Below, piece by piece: positions 33,480 to 48,050 of a DNA stretch of 64,000 nt (positions are counted from its first letter, which is position 1; every line of letters starts with the position of its first letter). A program made the translations under genes and the position numbers. This DNA is from Azolla caroliniana (lineage: Eukaryota; Plantae; Polypodiophyta): NCBI GenBank assembly GCA_043228905.1, contig JBHGNT010000022.1, positions 11,470,001-11,534,000 of the forward strand. The letters run 5' to 3'. The notes below the pieces were generated by a model. That model was not told where the DNA came from, searched no databases, and saw only the letters and a program-made list of their open reading frames with translations.

Positions 33480-36400
33480 TCATTCATTGCTGCTTTTAAC
33501 ATGTCGGCCCTTGGTAAGATGAGGTAGCATATTACTCAACCCTCTAATTTGTTCCCAAATACTCATACAATATATGAATTCTACGAGAGCCTTCTGAAAT
33601 TCGAATGCATTATCTGCCACAGGATACTGAGCCAAACAGGCAGAATGTAAGAATAACAACACACAAGAACCAACTGTCTGTTAACAAAAACTTTCACCTG
33701 ACCAACCTGTAAAGCCTTAGGAATATCTACTCTCAGGAATCCAATCCTGTCCTCTGCCACAGCCTTGACCAGACAGCAAGCTCGCAAGCCTTCAACACCT
33801 CCAAATCTCCCAAACCCGCTTTCCTTGATACCACCAAATGGTAAAGACTAAAAGCAGCATACATTCATCAGGACCACAAAAACATGGAATTTAGAGCATT
33901 AACCCAAGTTGATCATCATATTTTGAACTTCATTTCTGTTATATTTGTATATGCTCCTAAAATGTTTTATAGGTCTAAACACAGTTAGTTATATGCTATT
34001 AAGTCTATGCTTGTTTGCATATCTTTTTGCGGTAATACAAGCCACACATTTCTCTGTAATAAAGGGATATATCGGTCTAAAATTTGACCAGTTGAACATT
34101 TGTTATTTTTTAACAAACTAAAAATTATTAGAGACAGGTTCCAACACTGTGAGCTCACTTTTTATTTTAGATTCACCGAGGCTGGCAGCTGTGTGGCTAT
34201 TTATTGAATGTGCCAGAGTTCAACATCCAGCACGATGCACACTTCTGTTTATGCTTTCTGTGAGATCTAGCAATGAAAATATAAAGCTCTAAAGGTAGGA
34301 TGAGTGTGCTGTGCTGAGCATGAATTGAAGCCCTGTCTATCAACTACGGTGCTACCTTCATGCTGTCTTTCAAAAAAATTATGACAAATACTTGATAAAA
34401 GTTGTGTCCAGCCTGTACCTGACACATGTAAGTAACAGCAAAATCATTTATTGCAGCAAATCCAGATTTAATTTTGGAGGCTATTGCATTGGCACGTTGT
34501 TTGCTGCCTGAGAAAACTGCGCATCCAAGACCAAATTTTGTATCATTTGCAAGATCAATAGCTTCATCATCAGTATTGAACTTCATGATTGCAATGATTG
34601 GCCCAAATATCTGCATCCAGCATATGTCGGGAAAGACTATTACAACAGATTCAGATGAAAATAGTTTATTCTTGAACATTTGGCATCATACCTCCTCCTG
34701 CATGAGCTTCATTGAGTGGTTCACATTCAGTATTACAGTCGGAGGGTAAAATTGCCCCCCCAAGTCATGCCCAAGATGATGACGAATGAAAAGTTTCCCT
34801 CGTACTGCTATTTCTGCCCCTTTACTTTTTGCTTCATCAACGAGCTCTTGCAACCTATCAATGTGACCAGGTAAACATATTGCCCCCATGTCATATGTAC
34901 CTTCCAAAGGTGGACCCTATGGTGAAATATATATACCTCATTAGTTCAAGCTTAACAATCCAAGGGCACAAAAAAATTTATTGCTTTCCACAAGCTGGCC
35001 ACACATAATAAGAAAAATAATGTCCCTTGTCACAGTTTGGCCTGCAACAGAATATTGACAGGCCAAAGACTAATATTAATGCAGCAACAGAGGTCAACAA
35101 TGCATCAAGGGAAAATATCGGAACAGTTTGGCCTGCAACAGAATATTGACAGGCCAAAGACTAATATCAATGCAACAACAGAGGTCAACAATGCATCAAG
35201 GGAAAATATCGGAACATTTGCTTTGAGGATGTAGCACATATCTACATACACAAACACAGATACATAGATCTAGTATTCAGAATGAAAAAAAGAAGAAATA
35301 AATATTCATTAACATCTTTTAAAAGGTCAAAATGGCCTATAAGACCAAACAAGAGATTGCATTTTGAAATGTTGACTCATCTTTGAGAACAAACCAAAAT
35401 GAATGTAGCTCAATAAAAATACAAGTGACTAAAGAATCTCATTGTCTATACATGTAAGATTCTCACGTCAGATTGATTGTCATTTCTGTCTTCAAAAGAA
35501 CTCTAGCATAGGTTGATCCAGAATGGAGAGATATCCAAAGGGAAGAAAGCAAATGCAATGGCGGAAGATAAAGAATCGTATTTATCTGTTGATGAGAAGA
35601 ATGTCAAGATCTATGAGGCCTATTAAGCTCCTTTCTGATAAAAAGATATCAGGGAGTCTAAAGATTTGGGTCTCAATTTGAGCATTGCTTCTTTCTTGCT
35701 TACTTGCTCAGCCCAGCAGCTATCTCTGCCTTAGTAAGAGATATTGAGCAGAAACATCATATAATACATACATATAGGGGCAATGAATGATATCCCAAAT
35801 TTTTCTTAGGACTAATAAAAGTGTGTGGTGTACTTTATAGCAGCAATTCATTCCTTTCATTTTATTGTGTTAGAGTTGACCATTCTGCTTTACTTTGCAT
35901 CAGAAAATCTACCTACCTTCTTTTCACTGGCTAGGTGTAAGTGGCTCTCTTGACTGACTCTTGTGTAATTAGAGCTTTTTGATACTCTTGATCTAAATAT
36001 AATTATTAGTTCAGTGGAGTTAATCGTCTACTGGGGCAAAATTTACTTCTCCTCTCAGCCTCAAACAAGGAAACAAATCAATAGTATTGTTTCAGATGTG
36101 ATAGAAACAGAAAGCACGTAGAGATCTACCACGTACCACTCTGACGGATTTCACTATCTTGACGATCTCGTTTACAAAATGTGGATATATGTGTGAGTGT
36201 ACATAAAACCTCTCTGCTCCAGCACAATTTTGTCCACTTGACTGTAAAGCTGCTCGTACGGCAATTTGAGCAACCTGTTTTGAAAAGCAGTGTAACAGGA
36301 ATAAAAGACCAATCCGGTATAGTTTCATATCTGCACAAATATGGCATACCTGTGTTACATTCACATCCTCACATACGATAAATGCATCCTTCCCACCAAG

Positions 36401-39400
36401 TTCCAATGTCACTGGTGTCAAAGTCTCTGAGGCCGTTTTCATCACCTACAAATGACATCAACTTTCTTAATCATGAAAATCTACAATAAACTTCCAGCAG
36501 CTTTGTTACAATATTTGAGTTTTCAGAATAATAATCCAGCAAGTCTATACACACCATCCTTCCAACCCCTGGAGATCCAATGAAGATGATCTTATCAGAA
36601 TGTCTGACCAAGGCTTCTCCTGTTTCTGCGTAGCTGGAAACAACAAAATTTATAAAAGCCCATTTTAGGATGCATAACATTACCAATGTACATAACAAAA
36701 TTATATAAAGAAGTAAATATTATATAGAAAGAAGGAAACGAAGATATATTATCGTCTTTTAAGAGGTCAAAACGGATTATAAGACCAAACAAGAGATTGC
36801 ATCTTAAATGTTGTCTCATCTTTGAGAACAAATCAAAACAAAATAAAATTTACTAAGTAAATATAAAAGTAAATAAGCTAAAAAGAGACTAAAGAATCTG
36901 GATTTTGGCACATGTGAGATTCTCAAGTTATATATATTATAACTTTTGTCTTCGAAAGATCTCTAGCATAGGTCCATCCAAAATGGAGAGGTCTCTGAAG
37001 CGAGGGAAGCATATGCAATGGCGGGAGATAATGGCCTTTATCTATCGATGACAAGGGTGCTGAGGTCATGGTCCATGGGGTCGGGGCCTACATGTACGAC
37101 AAATTGCTATTTCCCGATCTATTGTAACCCCTTTGTCATGTCCTGGTCGGAGCCCATTTGTGTATCCCTTGATTGACTTGTAGCATTGGTAGGAGTGATG
37201 GGGCTAAAGAAAGTCGTGATTGTTCTTTTGTGGATAGCTTGTGTGGTTGTACTATTGACCTTCAACAACTTTTCCCTATGTCTCTTGAGTTCTAGCAAGA
37301 AAAGTCCTAGACACTATTGATCCTCATATTCCATTACCTTGTGTAGTGGGTCAAAGCCTTGTTTAAAGAGGCAATGGTATCTCCCTCTTATTTCGTAAAA
37401 GACACTACAATGACAAATATAGTGTTCTTCGGATTCCACTCCTTGATTGCACAATTGGCAAAAAAAATCTAGTGGTATTCGGTGTATATCTGCCTACCTC
37501 AATCTGTAACTGATATGATGAAGTTCACAATTGCCCTATCACACTGCGCAACGCATAGGATAGGTGTATGTCCATATAAGGTGGCCTGATGATGAATCCA
37601 TCCTCCGATGTGTGTAAAAAGTGTGTCATGTAGTGGGACATCTTCGTACCATGATATTTTGGGGCTGATCCATGTTATCATGTTTTCCAATTAATGACAT
37701 CAGTTTGGATCACTCTATTCTTTTGCACTTTGGTCATGTTTAGATGGGACAGTCCAAGCTATATTGGGATGGGTAGTGCATTTATGCTTATGGCGTGTGA
37801 CTCGAACCATTGCTGCATTTCCACACACCAACAATGAATGTCTCCATTGATGACATAAGTGACAACCTTGGTTACCTTCGTTTAGGAAGCTCTCATAGAC
37901 GTTGGATACAAGTCACTGATCAGAACAATGCCTCGGTGATTATAAGGGCTGCTACCATCTCTGCCCGGATTATATAATGGGGCACCGATGCTTTGCTCCT
38001 TATCATGCGGGCAACCATTGACACTAAAGATCTCTCTAAATATTTCCAATGATTTACCTTGTTAAGACTCGGTCCCCATGTTTCTACTCCATAGAGAAGA
38101 GTTGGTATGACAAGTGTATCAAACAACCACAGCTTAGATCGTGGCTCTTGGAACTGCAAATGTGCACATTGTCTTTCGAGAGCACCAAGGACTGAATATC
38201 CACGAGAAAGTCGGGCACAAGCCGCCTCAGATTAGTATTACATGTTTGTAGTACACAAAATTATTGTTAGTTCCCATCTCTTAAATGTGGAATACAGATC
38301 TAAATAGGCCCAATAATAAAGTAGTCACCAAGCATGTCATGATGCCATTGTAGATGAACAAACTGGGAAATTAACCTGATAAACATACGATTGTAGCCTA
38401 ACTACAGTATCTTAGAGAACCTAATTTCACCTAGCAGCAATCAAATCCCTCTCCTAAAAACCAGTCTTTAGAAACCCCCTAGACTTTTCTAACTGCAAAC
38501 TTCTTATTGCTTCAGACTACATTACCCATGGTTGATTGCATCACTCAGCTAAGCCTCCTTCAATCTCTACCATGTCTGCTGCACTCAGCTAAGTCTTCCT
38601 GCTGCTGCCAACTGCAACCAGAAACTGTATACACCCAGCAAATTGATCCATTTTCCAAAATTTTCTGTTGCTACCCCGCCATATCTATCCTATTGCTGCA
38701 AACTATTATAGAGCAGGCTGAGAACTTTTTCACATCAGCTAGAGATTGAAATAGGAAATATGTACAAATACCTCTAGAACAAAGAATCTGCCAACTGTGT
38801 AATCATGGAGGAATTTGAAGAACACTATGTTTGTCATGGTACTGGTTTTTATGAAATAAAAGGGAGACACCATTGCCTCTTTAAGCAAGGGTTTGGCCCA
38901 CTGAGCAAGGTAATGGAATATGAGAAGCACCAGTCCCTGGAGCTTTCTTGCTAGAACTCAAGAGACACTTCTCATAAAAACTGGCTTGAATAGGATCCAT
39001 AATGAAGATGCTTACTTGCATCAACCACTGCAATGCATTGTCTTTCAAGCAGATGGCTGCCTTGCATACCTTTTGAGGATTCAGTGAAGCTCCCCTTATG
39101 TGCAATTCACGATAAAAGGCTTTCTTCTTGTATGGATACATGCCTATATCATGTACTTCACAGCGAGATAGGGCAGTTTAGAACTTTTTCATATCAGTTA
39201 GGGATTAAAATTGGAAAATATGCACACAATCTTTGCCATTGAATTGTTTTTTGTGAAATAAGAGGGAGATAACACTGCCTTTCAAACAAAGATGTGGCCT
39301 AATACACAAGGTAAGGGAATAAAAGCAAGAACATAAGATGTGAGGGTCCTTGAAACTAGTAGTATTATGTGACAAAAAAAGTTAATAAGGCCACCAATTA

Positions 39401-42400
39401 TAGCATAACTAGTCAAACAATTCAATGTAATCATTCATTGACTAATAATATAGGCATAACACTTTCAAAGAACACTAAAGGAACATAATTTCATTCAGTT
39501 CATAACATAACATCAAAATATGCTGACAATGAGCATAACAAGTTTGAAATTACTTCTGGAATCAGAGTATCCAGTTACCCATGTATTATGTGCACAAGTT
39601 CAACTGGTGCATCCACTGCCAAAAGTGCTGTTTGAATTATTCGCAGATAGTAACATGCAGACCAGCTAGCATGTTCTGAAACCTAGCCTTCCAAAAGAAC
39701 AACATATCAAATCTTTGAATATAAAGGTTTAGATACTGTTTAGTGGAGGAGTAAACAATTTCTATTGCAAACTAATATAGTACATTACAAATTGCAAATA
39801 AAAATCAGAAACAAACATATACACATAAATTCCTGCAAGAAGAATCCACATTTATAAGACAATCAATTGTATTACAGAAGAGTGCAGAAACACATCCACC
39901 TCAAACATTTTATCAACTACTTCATTCCTTTCATGGAGTAGATGCTCTGACATTCCTTCTCACCTCAGTAGCGGACTTTGTACAAAAGTAACAGCAGGTT
40001 CATACATCAACATTTATATCAAGGATTCACGTGATCCGAAACATATACACCTTTGCACTGAGTTTCTATCAAAAACGAATAGATAGACTTCTCATAGGAT
40101 TCAAGTCACCTTGAATCCTTATAATTCTCAAGCCCTCCATTTGACATAGAAACCAACAAATGGTTCACTAAAAAGATTAATAAGATAAAAAGATTCCAAC
40201 TGACAGCAGAAATCCATTTCAAATCTCGTGCTTCATGCTTAGCGAAGTTTTGAATAGGTTGAACCAACACATCATGAAATATTCCGGGTTACTCAAAGGT
40301 TTTCAGTCCAATAATGCAGAATTCTATTACCAGAATCATCCATATTCTATTACCACCCTATGGACCCTCCTGTTATACCAAACATAGATAGACAGACTTC
40401 TCATAAAGAAGTGCAAGGTTCACTGAGAGGACATACACCGTTCACAACTGCACTAATTCAAGACTCATTCAGTACTGTGAAGGAAAACCAACACAAAGAT
40501 GCACCATAGAATGGGAAAAAGAAAGAAATCACCTACAAAACTTTGATAGGTAAACAGAAAGAAAGATAGTGTAATGCCTCTAAAAGACCAAAATGGCCTA
40601 TATAATCAACAAGACATGACACCTGGAAAAATGTCTCTAATAGAGAACAATGAAAGAAATAAAATGAGTATGCTTAAGTAACCTTCCCAAAGTATGTAAT
40701 AAGATAAGATAAAGTCCATGCTCTAAAGAAATTGAAATTGCTGCCTTCTAACGATACCAATCATAGGCACATTCAAGACAGAGATATCTCCAATGCAACG
40801 AAACTGCATCACATGCCAAGTAATCGTGGCTTTCATTTTGCAATAATAAGGTTGCTGACGTTATGATGGTGCGCAAGAAACTTTATTACATGACACAATA
40901 GCAGATAATTGTACACAAGACACCAAGGGTACCCATATGAATTTCTATATTATAGGATGGACAGCATTAGCTTGCAAACGCTTGTATAGAATTTTTTTAA
41001 AAGAGATTCATATGAAACAGAGTAATCAATTAAATCCATTCTGCTCAATAACCTCAACTTCATTCATGGAACACTACATGCAATCTTTCCAAACTGTGGA
41101 TATTTACATTAAACGGTAATAACTTACATGATATTCCTCTTATTCTACGCACTAGTAATAAAATTTGTACATATGATACTCCAAATTTTGTACATGGGTT
41201 ATATATATATATATGTATGTATATAGATATATCAATCTCTTCCTATGTCCAATTGACAAGATGAAGTCGTGATCTGTTTTGTCACACTTCAAAGCAGATG
41301 AATACTCATTTAAGAAAAATTATTAGCAGTGGCACTTTATGGTAGTTGGTCTGAACATTGCATTCTTCTCTGCTAGGCCATATCTAGGTGTGGGCTTTTA
41401 AGGGCACCAAGGGCTGCATTTTATTTTTCCCTTATGCTTGAGATGAAAGAAGTGATAATGAGTTTACATGGCCCAAACCAAGAAATGTAAATCACCAAGG
41501 AGGGCAGCTTCTTGTACACTGGATGGGATCCTTGGATGAGATAGCACAGGCAGCATTTAATAGGTATTTATAAAGCCATAACTTGGCTGTCCCATCAGCA
41601 TTTAAAGTTCTTCAAAGAGCACGTTCTATGTATCTTAAATAGCACATGTGTGTGTGCACTCCTATCTTAACTATATATATCAGGTAGATGGGCTTTCGTT
41701 TCGCAGAGTTGCTTCCTCTTTCTTTAATTGTGTTAAACCCCATAATCAGAAAACTGCCATTCTTAAACGGTGTTAATATATCTTTCTTTCTTTCTTTCTT
41801 TCTAAAACAGAGAAATTTTGATATCGATAGATAGGTGGGGAAATAACCCCAAGCATGGTAAAATGATAGTAGCTAAGTTAGGAATCATCCCCAGCATATG
41901 ATATGGTTCATCTTGAGTTTCCAGGGCTGTTTGTTTATGGATCTATAGGCATTGTCTACCTCAGACAATTTGGCTGCATATAGACAGGAGAGGGACTAAC
42001 TTTGAGAAAATGGGATCCCTCCCCTTTTCCATCATATTCTCAGTTGTTTTATATACACTGCCATTTTCATGATCTTGTATTTGCACAAATTTATAACTTC
42101 TAGAAAGTTTATTTGCTGGCACTCTGTATAATCTTACCCTAACAGCCAGCTAGGGTTCTTTGTTTTGCTGTTGGCTTCCATGTCGTCTTGAAATCAGGAG
42201 TTAAGGCTTGGATACGTTGACTTAATAATGCTGCTTCCTTTTGTACAGGAAAAAGAAAATAGAATGGCCAACAAATATGAACCTAGATGTCAAGAGTAGA
42301 AAATACCTTAATGACAATGGCATTTCCCGCAAAAACCGCTGAGAGCATCGGGTTAAAGATGTTGTGGAACGGGTAATTCCAAGGTACAATAGCACCAATT

Positions 42401-44547
42401 ACACCTAAAGGATGATATTCGACTCTTGCTGTCTTATGTAGCATGCAACGGCCAGTAGACCTATGGAAGTATACAGAACATTTCAAGTTAGAAGCACATT
42501 GAGTATTTTTCTGTAAAGTAGCTTTCTTTTGTAAGTTATAGGACATTTGAATAGCATTGCTTGCCTGTACTCGGTCTTCAATGAACGCTCTCCTTCCTTT
42601 AGCAACCAATGGATCTTCTCACAGGTGGTCATTATTTCCCCCAGAGAAGCATCAACCATAGTTTTACCAGAATCTCTTGATGACACCCTGCCATTCAGAA
42701 ACATTTGAGAGCATATTTATTCCTGAAACAGAACTATTGTGTACTGGAATTAACAAGCCCACACAAAAGTCAAGTACAAAAATAGTTTGTACATACAGAT
42801 CCAAAACACAGCATGCAGTATAGATGGCTTAGGTGAGGTTTCTGCAAACTTACTCACATATGACCTCCTGATTTTCAATGATGTACTTCAGCAAAATGCG
42901 TAGAAATCTACGACGTTGTTTGAAACTGCTCTTTGCCCATATCAGCTGTGCAGCCCTTGCTTGTGCAACATGCTCTCTAACCTTCATAAGAGAACATGAC
43001 CAGAACTTTGGCCCATTATGGCCAAAACCACTCCCTACATTATCTATCTTAACAGCGGGAATAGCAATCACTTACCTCATCTTTGTTGACAGTGGGAATA
43101 GCAACGAGGTATCTCATAGTAGCTGGTTCATAGCACTTTACTCTGTCAAGGTACCCTGCACCTTTTCGAGGAGGAACCTGAAAGAAAGGTAAGTAGATAA
43201 AATCCAGATATTCTTCATATGATAGCATATACCAAACGAGGACGCTGTAAAAGTAAGCTTGAAAAGATGTACTCAAGTTTCTGAGAAAAACACAATATCA
43301 CAAAGTGCCATGAAGTCATCTCTAGAACATTGAATGCACTCTTGTGGACCAAAAAGGTGTGGACCATTTTTCCATATATTAGCAAAAGTGAACATGATGA
43401 TAGCATATATGGCCACCTGTAACTGGCCATCAAGTCTTGATACTGCAAAAATTCATACTTCTACATGGAGTTAAGCAGTAAAGTGGACTTATTAAGCTCT
43501 TTTCAATCAATCAATGAACCTATCAAGAGCACCTTGACGCTTGAATTACTGCTGTTTCTGAGAAAGACTAGAATTCCCATAATTTTTAACCAGTGATGTT
43601 GATCAACCTATCAGGAGTATCTGTGGGTGTTTCAAAAGGGGATTCAACATGTGTTAGACGTATTGTGGGTAGGAATATCTGTGTGTGTGTGTTAGTGATG
43701 CTTAGGTGATTAGCACCACAAAAACTCTAATCATCACATTGTGCCATCCCCCACAATTTTGGGGGGGACGGCACAAGTCTAGCCTCCATATTTAAATGTA
43801 ATTGTTGCTTGAGCCATCTTCTTTGATGCATGTAGGTGCGTATTTCTTTTGTTTTTCACAATGGCACACTTTACTTGAGTACAGGTCACTGCAATTGTAT
43901 TTTGTTGTTTGGATCTCACTGGCTACTGTCAGAGAGTCAAGACATTACTCAGCCTTTCTTTCATATTTTTTGGGAAACAAAATCTTCATTTTCACACTTA
44001 CTCAGCATAGAAACTTTGAAACAGGATTATACCTATGCCTAGTAGAACGATCAAAAAAGCTTACATAGACAGAACTATCTTCATCTGCTTGATTTTCTTT
44101 CAAGATTCCTGTGCAACAAAAAAGATTGCGTCAATACTTTATCTGTGCATGTATCTCATAGATTTTGTATATATATATACATGCAGACACGTATATGCAA
44201 GGCAGTATCCATTTTAAGATCATACAAAAAATGGAGCCAGAGATCTATCCATTAGTGCAAACTTGAAATAAATAGGTCTCAATGGTAATGAGAAATTCCT
44301 GCGAAGAACAAAGTTTCATTACATTTTCTTCTTAGAATTATTTATGTAATGAACAAAAATTTAGTGGCATCGATATCTCAGCCTGGTCCTCATCAGACAT
44401 GTTTGTTTATAAGAATGTAAAGATTGAAGAAACCTACACAAGTCAACAAGGTAAATCAATTAATCGATCTCACATATATCAGAGGCAGAAGTAAGATCAC
44501 ATATCATAATCAAGATTTTGACAGAGATCAAGGGAATTAAGCAAACC

Positions 44548-44602
<55 letters not shown>

Positions 44603-44895
44603 GATACATAGAGGAAACCAATGGTAATCACGAAGAGATGAAAATTTAAATTGCCGAATGAAATGTACACTGTGGAAGTTTCCTACGCCAGTAGTAACAC
44701 ACGCAGGTTAGGTTATGGTGTTTGGGAAAAGGAATATGGTGAGGGAGTGTGTGAGCGTGCAATGTATGTTTGCCAGGACTCACCATCGGAGGTGTCGACT
44801 TCGATGGAAGGGACGATGGGCGGCAGGAGGTAGACGAGGAGGTAAAAGAGGGAGAAACCTCCGGCAGCCACCAGAAACGCCCACCACACCTCCAT
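33480..44895 (-). CDS. ALDH22A1: Aldehyde dehydrogenase family 22, multi-exon
   Basis: N-terminal hydrophobic anchor [18 protein letters not shown] (44895-44784), exon 44108-44065, then [76 protein letters not shown] (~39680), LELGGKD, catalytic [35 protein letters not shown], and final exon [14 protein letters not shown]-stop. These motifs are characteristic of plant ALDH22. Confidence 0.93.
35032..35216. repeat. 91-bp direct tandem duplication in an ALDH22 intron, each copy with an internal hairpin
   Basis: acagtttggcctgcaacagaatattgacaggccaaag... occurs at 35032 and 35123. tttggcctg/caggccaaa is an inverted repeat. Confidence 0.85.
35300..35630 (-). mobile_element. 3'-end fragment of the RTE-like dispersed repeat
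   Basis: Strong similarity to 36750-37070 (aggtcaaaatggcctataagaccaaacaagagattgcat...ctctagcatagg). Confidence 0.6.
36725..38230 (-). mobile_element. 5'-truncated RTE-clade LINE in an ALDH22 intron
   Basis: [21 protein letters not shown] (typical RTE post-RT motif), Cys/His-rich [19 protein letters not shown]-terminus, and a 3' UTR shared with other copies in the window. Confidence 0.75.
38735..39320 (+). mobile_element. RTE-like LINE C-terminal fragments (two partial copies)
   Basis: [35 protein letters not shown], homologous to 37300-37460 on the opposite strand. Confidence 0.6.
44549..44601. repeat. (GT)n microsatellite in ALDH22 intron 1
   Basis: Pure GT dinucleotide run of about 52 bp. 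Confidence 0.95.
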
Positions 44896-44900
44896 CCCCC

Positions 44901-44902
<2 letters not shown>

Positions 44903-44983
<81 letters not shown>

Positions 44984-45020
44984 CTCTGTCTCTCGCTCTC
45001 TCTGCCTCTCTCTGCCTCAG
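44903..45020. repeat. (CT)n/(GA)n microsatellite directly upstream of the ALDH22 start codon
   Basis: Pure run of about 75 bp followed by a degenerate extension, less than 10 bp from the ATG. Confidence 0.95.
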
Positions 45021-45179
45021 GATCTTCTTCTTCTGCTACTGCTACTGCTGCTATTGCAGATATTTCTGCTGCTGCTGCTGCTCGTGGGCATTTTCTTGAA
45101 TTCGCCCACCACTATACACATAGAGAGAGAGAGAGTCTCTCTCTTACATGAGACTAAAATTAAATAACTTCTTTATGTA

Positions 45180-45286
45180 TTAGTGGTAGTAGTAGCAAAG
45201 TAGTAGTAGTAGCAATACTTATTACTAATAGTAGTAGTAGCAAAGTAGTAGTAGTAGCAATACTTATTACTAATAGTAGTAGTAGC
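45180..45286. repeat. (AGT)n-based compound repeat with an internal ~45 bp duplication
   Basis: agtagtagcaaagtagtagtagtagcaatacttattactaat occurs twice. Confidence 0.85.
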
Positions 45287-46149
45287 ACAGCAGAAGCCCA
45301 TTTCATAGGCTTCTCCTGATGACCCACTCGGACTACTATCGATTCGTGCACTTTCTCTGAGTCTGATTGGGAGTGGCAACCTCGTTGGTCTGTTCTAGCC
45401 TGGTCCTACGAGGTGTAGTACCCTGGCACACTCCGATTAGGTGTCCTCTAGTCTGCTTTAATGGGGGTCTGATCTCGTCCTGTGACGTGTCAGATGCTTT
45501 GATGGGCCATGTGGTCTAGTCTAGGTTGCTAGGGTTCGATCTAGTCTAGTTTGATGGAGTTGGACCTGAATAGATCTGATATTGTCTACCCTAGTCTGAT
45601 GGAGCTTGGTCTTGTTTGGTCGGAGGTCCGATGGAGCTTGGTCTTGTTTGGTCTGATGGGGCTTGATTCAATCTAGCCAAATGGACCTTCATCTAGTCTA
45701 GTTTGATGGGGGTGTGGTCTGGTCTACCCTCATAGGATATGGCCTAGTCTACTATAGTGGGGTGGGTGTGGTTGTGGGTTTGTCGTCTCTTTTGGCCAAG
45801 TTCAAAGGGACGTGGCCTAATGGGGTGTGTTGTGCTCGTTCATCACTTCAACAAATTCCTTCTCACCCTTCATTCCGACTAATCATAGGGCCTACAGTTT
45901 GCATGCACGTTACATCCACCTACTCCTTCAGATTGAGGATAAATACTCACGTTCTTGCTCGCACTACACCAACTCCGCCCTTTACGCCATCCTTATTGTC
46001 CTTCTTGGGCTCGTAGAGTCGAGTTTACTGTTTACCCACCACGGAGCTTAGGGCCTATTGATTCATCTATGTTGACCATTAAATTCATGTTTCAAGGCTT
46101 GATGCATAGCTATTCATGAAGGTATTTTCTGAAAGCAATTAAAGAGAGG

Positions 46150-48050
46150 GATCATATTGCACTGTGAACATGCTCAAATTGGTGGGATTGTCATTTGTTT
46201 CAAGAGTTATTCACATGCTTCGAAATTGTTTGATATGGTGTCTAGCATGCTGCATATAAATGTTTTATCACTTTATGGGGTTTTCATTCGCAACACCTTA
46301 AAAAAAGTAAAGGTTATCTACGATGGATATTATGGATCATTACTATCTCATGATCATTTATGTAGAAATAACCTCTTCGAACAATCAACATCATTGAAGC
46401 AAAGTTGATTGACGAGCTACTTGATTTTTCCCCTTTTTGGTTTCTCAATTCCTTCTTCCAATCATTCTCTAGTTTGCATGGTCTCAATGTATAGGCTCAA
46501 CATCTCGTGTTGCAACATTTCTCCCTCTTATAAAGTTTTTTCCTCGGAAATTTCTTGGAGACTATTAAGAAAAAAAAATACTAGCGTGCACGTCACAAAA
46601 TATATGCCTCCCATAAGGAATTGCCTCCAAAAACGAGATCTAGATGGGCAATCATTTTTCCACAATGACATTTAACGTTGAGTCTATAATTCCTTCAATA
46701 AACTAACATGAAGCACATCGAACACTTGTAAGTGACGTTTCAATTATGAATAGACCACAATACCTTGGACCAAAATTATGGGATTGAACCTCCAAGAGAA
46801 GATGAATTCTTAGGAACCCACTAAGATATGAACTCTCCCATTTTAAAGTCTATTGGTTGTCTTTTTAAATCGATATAACCATGTAGGGGATCTTGGCCCT
46901 TCACACACTCCATGATGTGGGACACATTCGTTTCTAAGAATCACAAGGACTTTAAGGCTTTCTTTTATTTATGTTTACCACTTGTAGTAGAGACCAAAGG
47001 TATTCATGTCTCCGAAGGAATTGAGGTTTTAAATTCGTAGGCAATCACTTTTTTGTATACCCTTACTCTCTTATCAAGAGAGTTATCATGACATGGGCTC
47101 TTCATACCATAAAACTCGTAAATTTAAAATGATAAGTAGTCCATGTTGGTTGGCTCTAGTTCCCACCATATTTAGGGAATGTCATATTATGAAGCATATG
47201 TCTCTTTTTCAACCAATTCTATAGGATTTTTTTTCACCTAACTATTATTTATTCTTCCCATATCAAGCTTTATGATGGACGGTAGAAGTTCCATAGTATC
47301 CAAACACCTAAAATTGGTGGAATACTTTCAAAACCAATTTACTTTTAGAAAAACGAAAGTCCGCCAACTCCTATTCAATCTACTTGTGTTTGAGGATGTT
47401 TGTGTGGCTACAAACCCAACTCCATATGTTATGAATTGCTTTTATTGAAAGTGGACACACAAGGGCGGCTCCGATGGAGTTGAAAGATAACGAATAATCT
47501 TCATCCAACAATGGTCGTCCTCTCCCTTTCTTGAGTCAATGGGCATCCACATAAGATGGAACTATCGCGTCCCTACAGGGATTTGTACACAATAATCCCA
47601 TTTGTAAAATTTTATAACTAATGGAAGGAGTTTATTTTTTGGAAACAAAGAGTTGAGTTTCTCTATGTCTTATTCTCAATAAATTCAAACCCTACAATAT
47701 TTTCAATTTGGTGTGACTCTTGGTATCTCAAAAAAATCTTCAACATTTTGCAATTTCACTCCAATTTGAAGTATTAACTTCCAAACATCAACATGAATTT
47801 TTGCATCGTGCTTAAAATGAATACTTGCAACCTTTATAAAGGTCCAAATGGTCGAGAAGACTCATTGTGATTGAATTGTTCTACTTCATAAATAAAGTAG
47901 GACAACCTCAAATATGAAATAACATTTCCACTTTTACACAAGTTTGGTTGAGTTCTTGGCATTACAATAGAACCAACTGAAATATCGTGAACCCTTTGCC
48001 ATTCTTCCATCAAATTGGTGTCAATTCAACACATAATCTTGTATATAGTA
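46150..48050 (-). mobile_element. Highly degenerate Ty3/gypsy pol remnant
   Basis: Minus strand near 46750-46780 reads FGPRYCGLF, like the integrase KLxPRYCGPF motif. Boundaries are uncertain. Confidence 0.4.

Noticed and set aside
44715-45379. ORFs with LSLSLS, poly-L and poly-Y/T tracts
   Set aside because: These are translations of microsatellites, partly antisense to ALDH22 exon 1.
45380-46050. Possible LTR or gene (repetitive tctagtctag/gatggagcttgg region)
   Set aside because: It is likely repeat-derived, but I could not define termini, a partner LTR or a coding signature.
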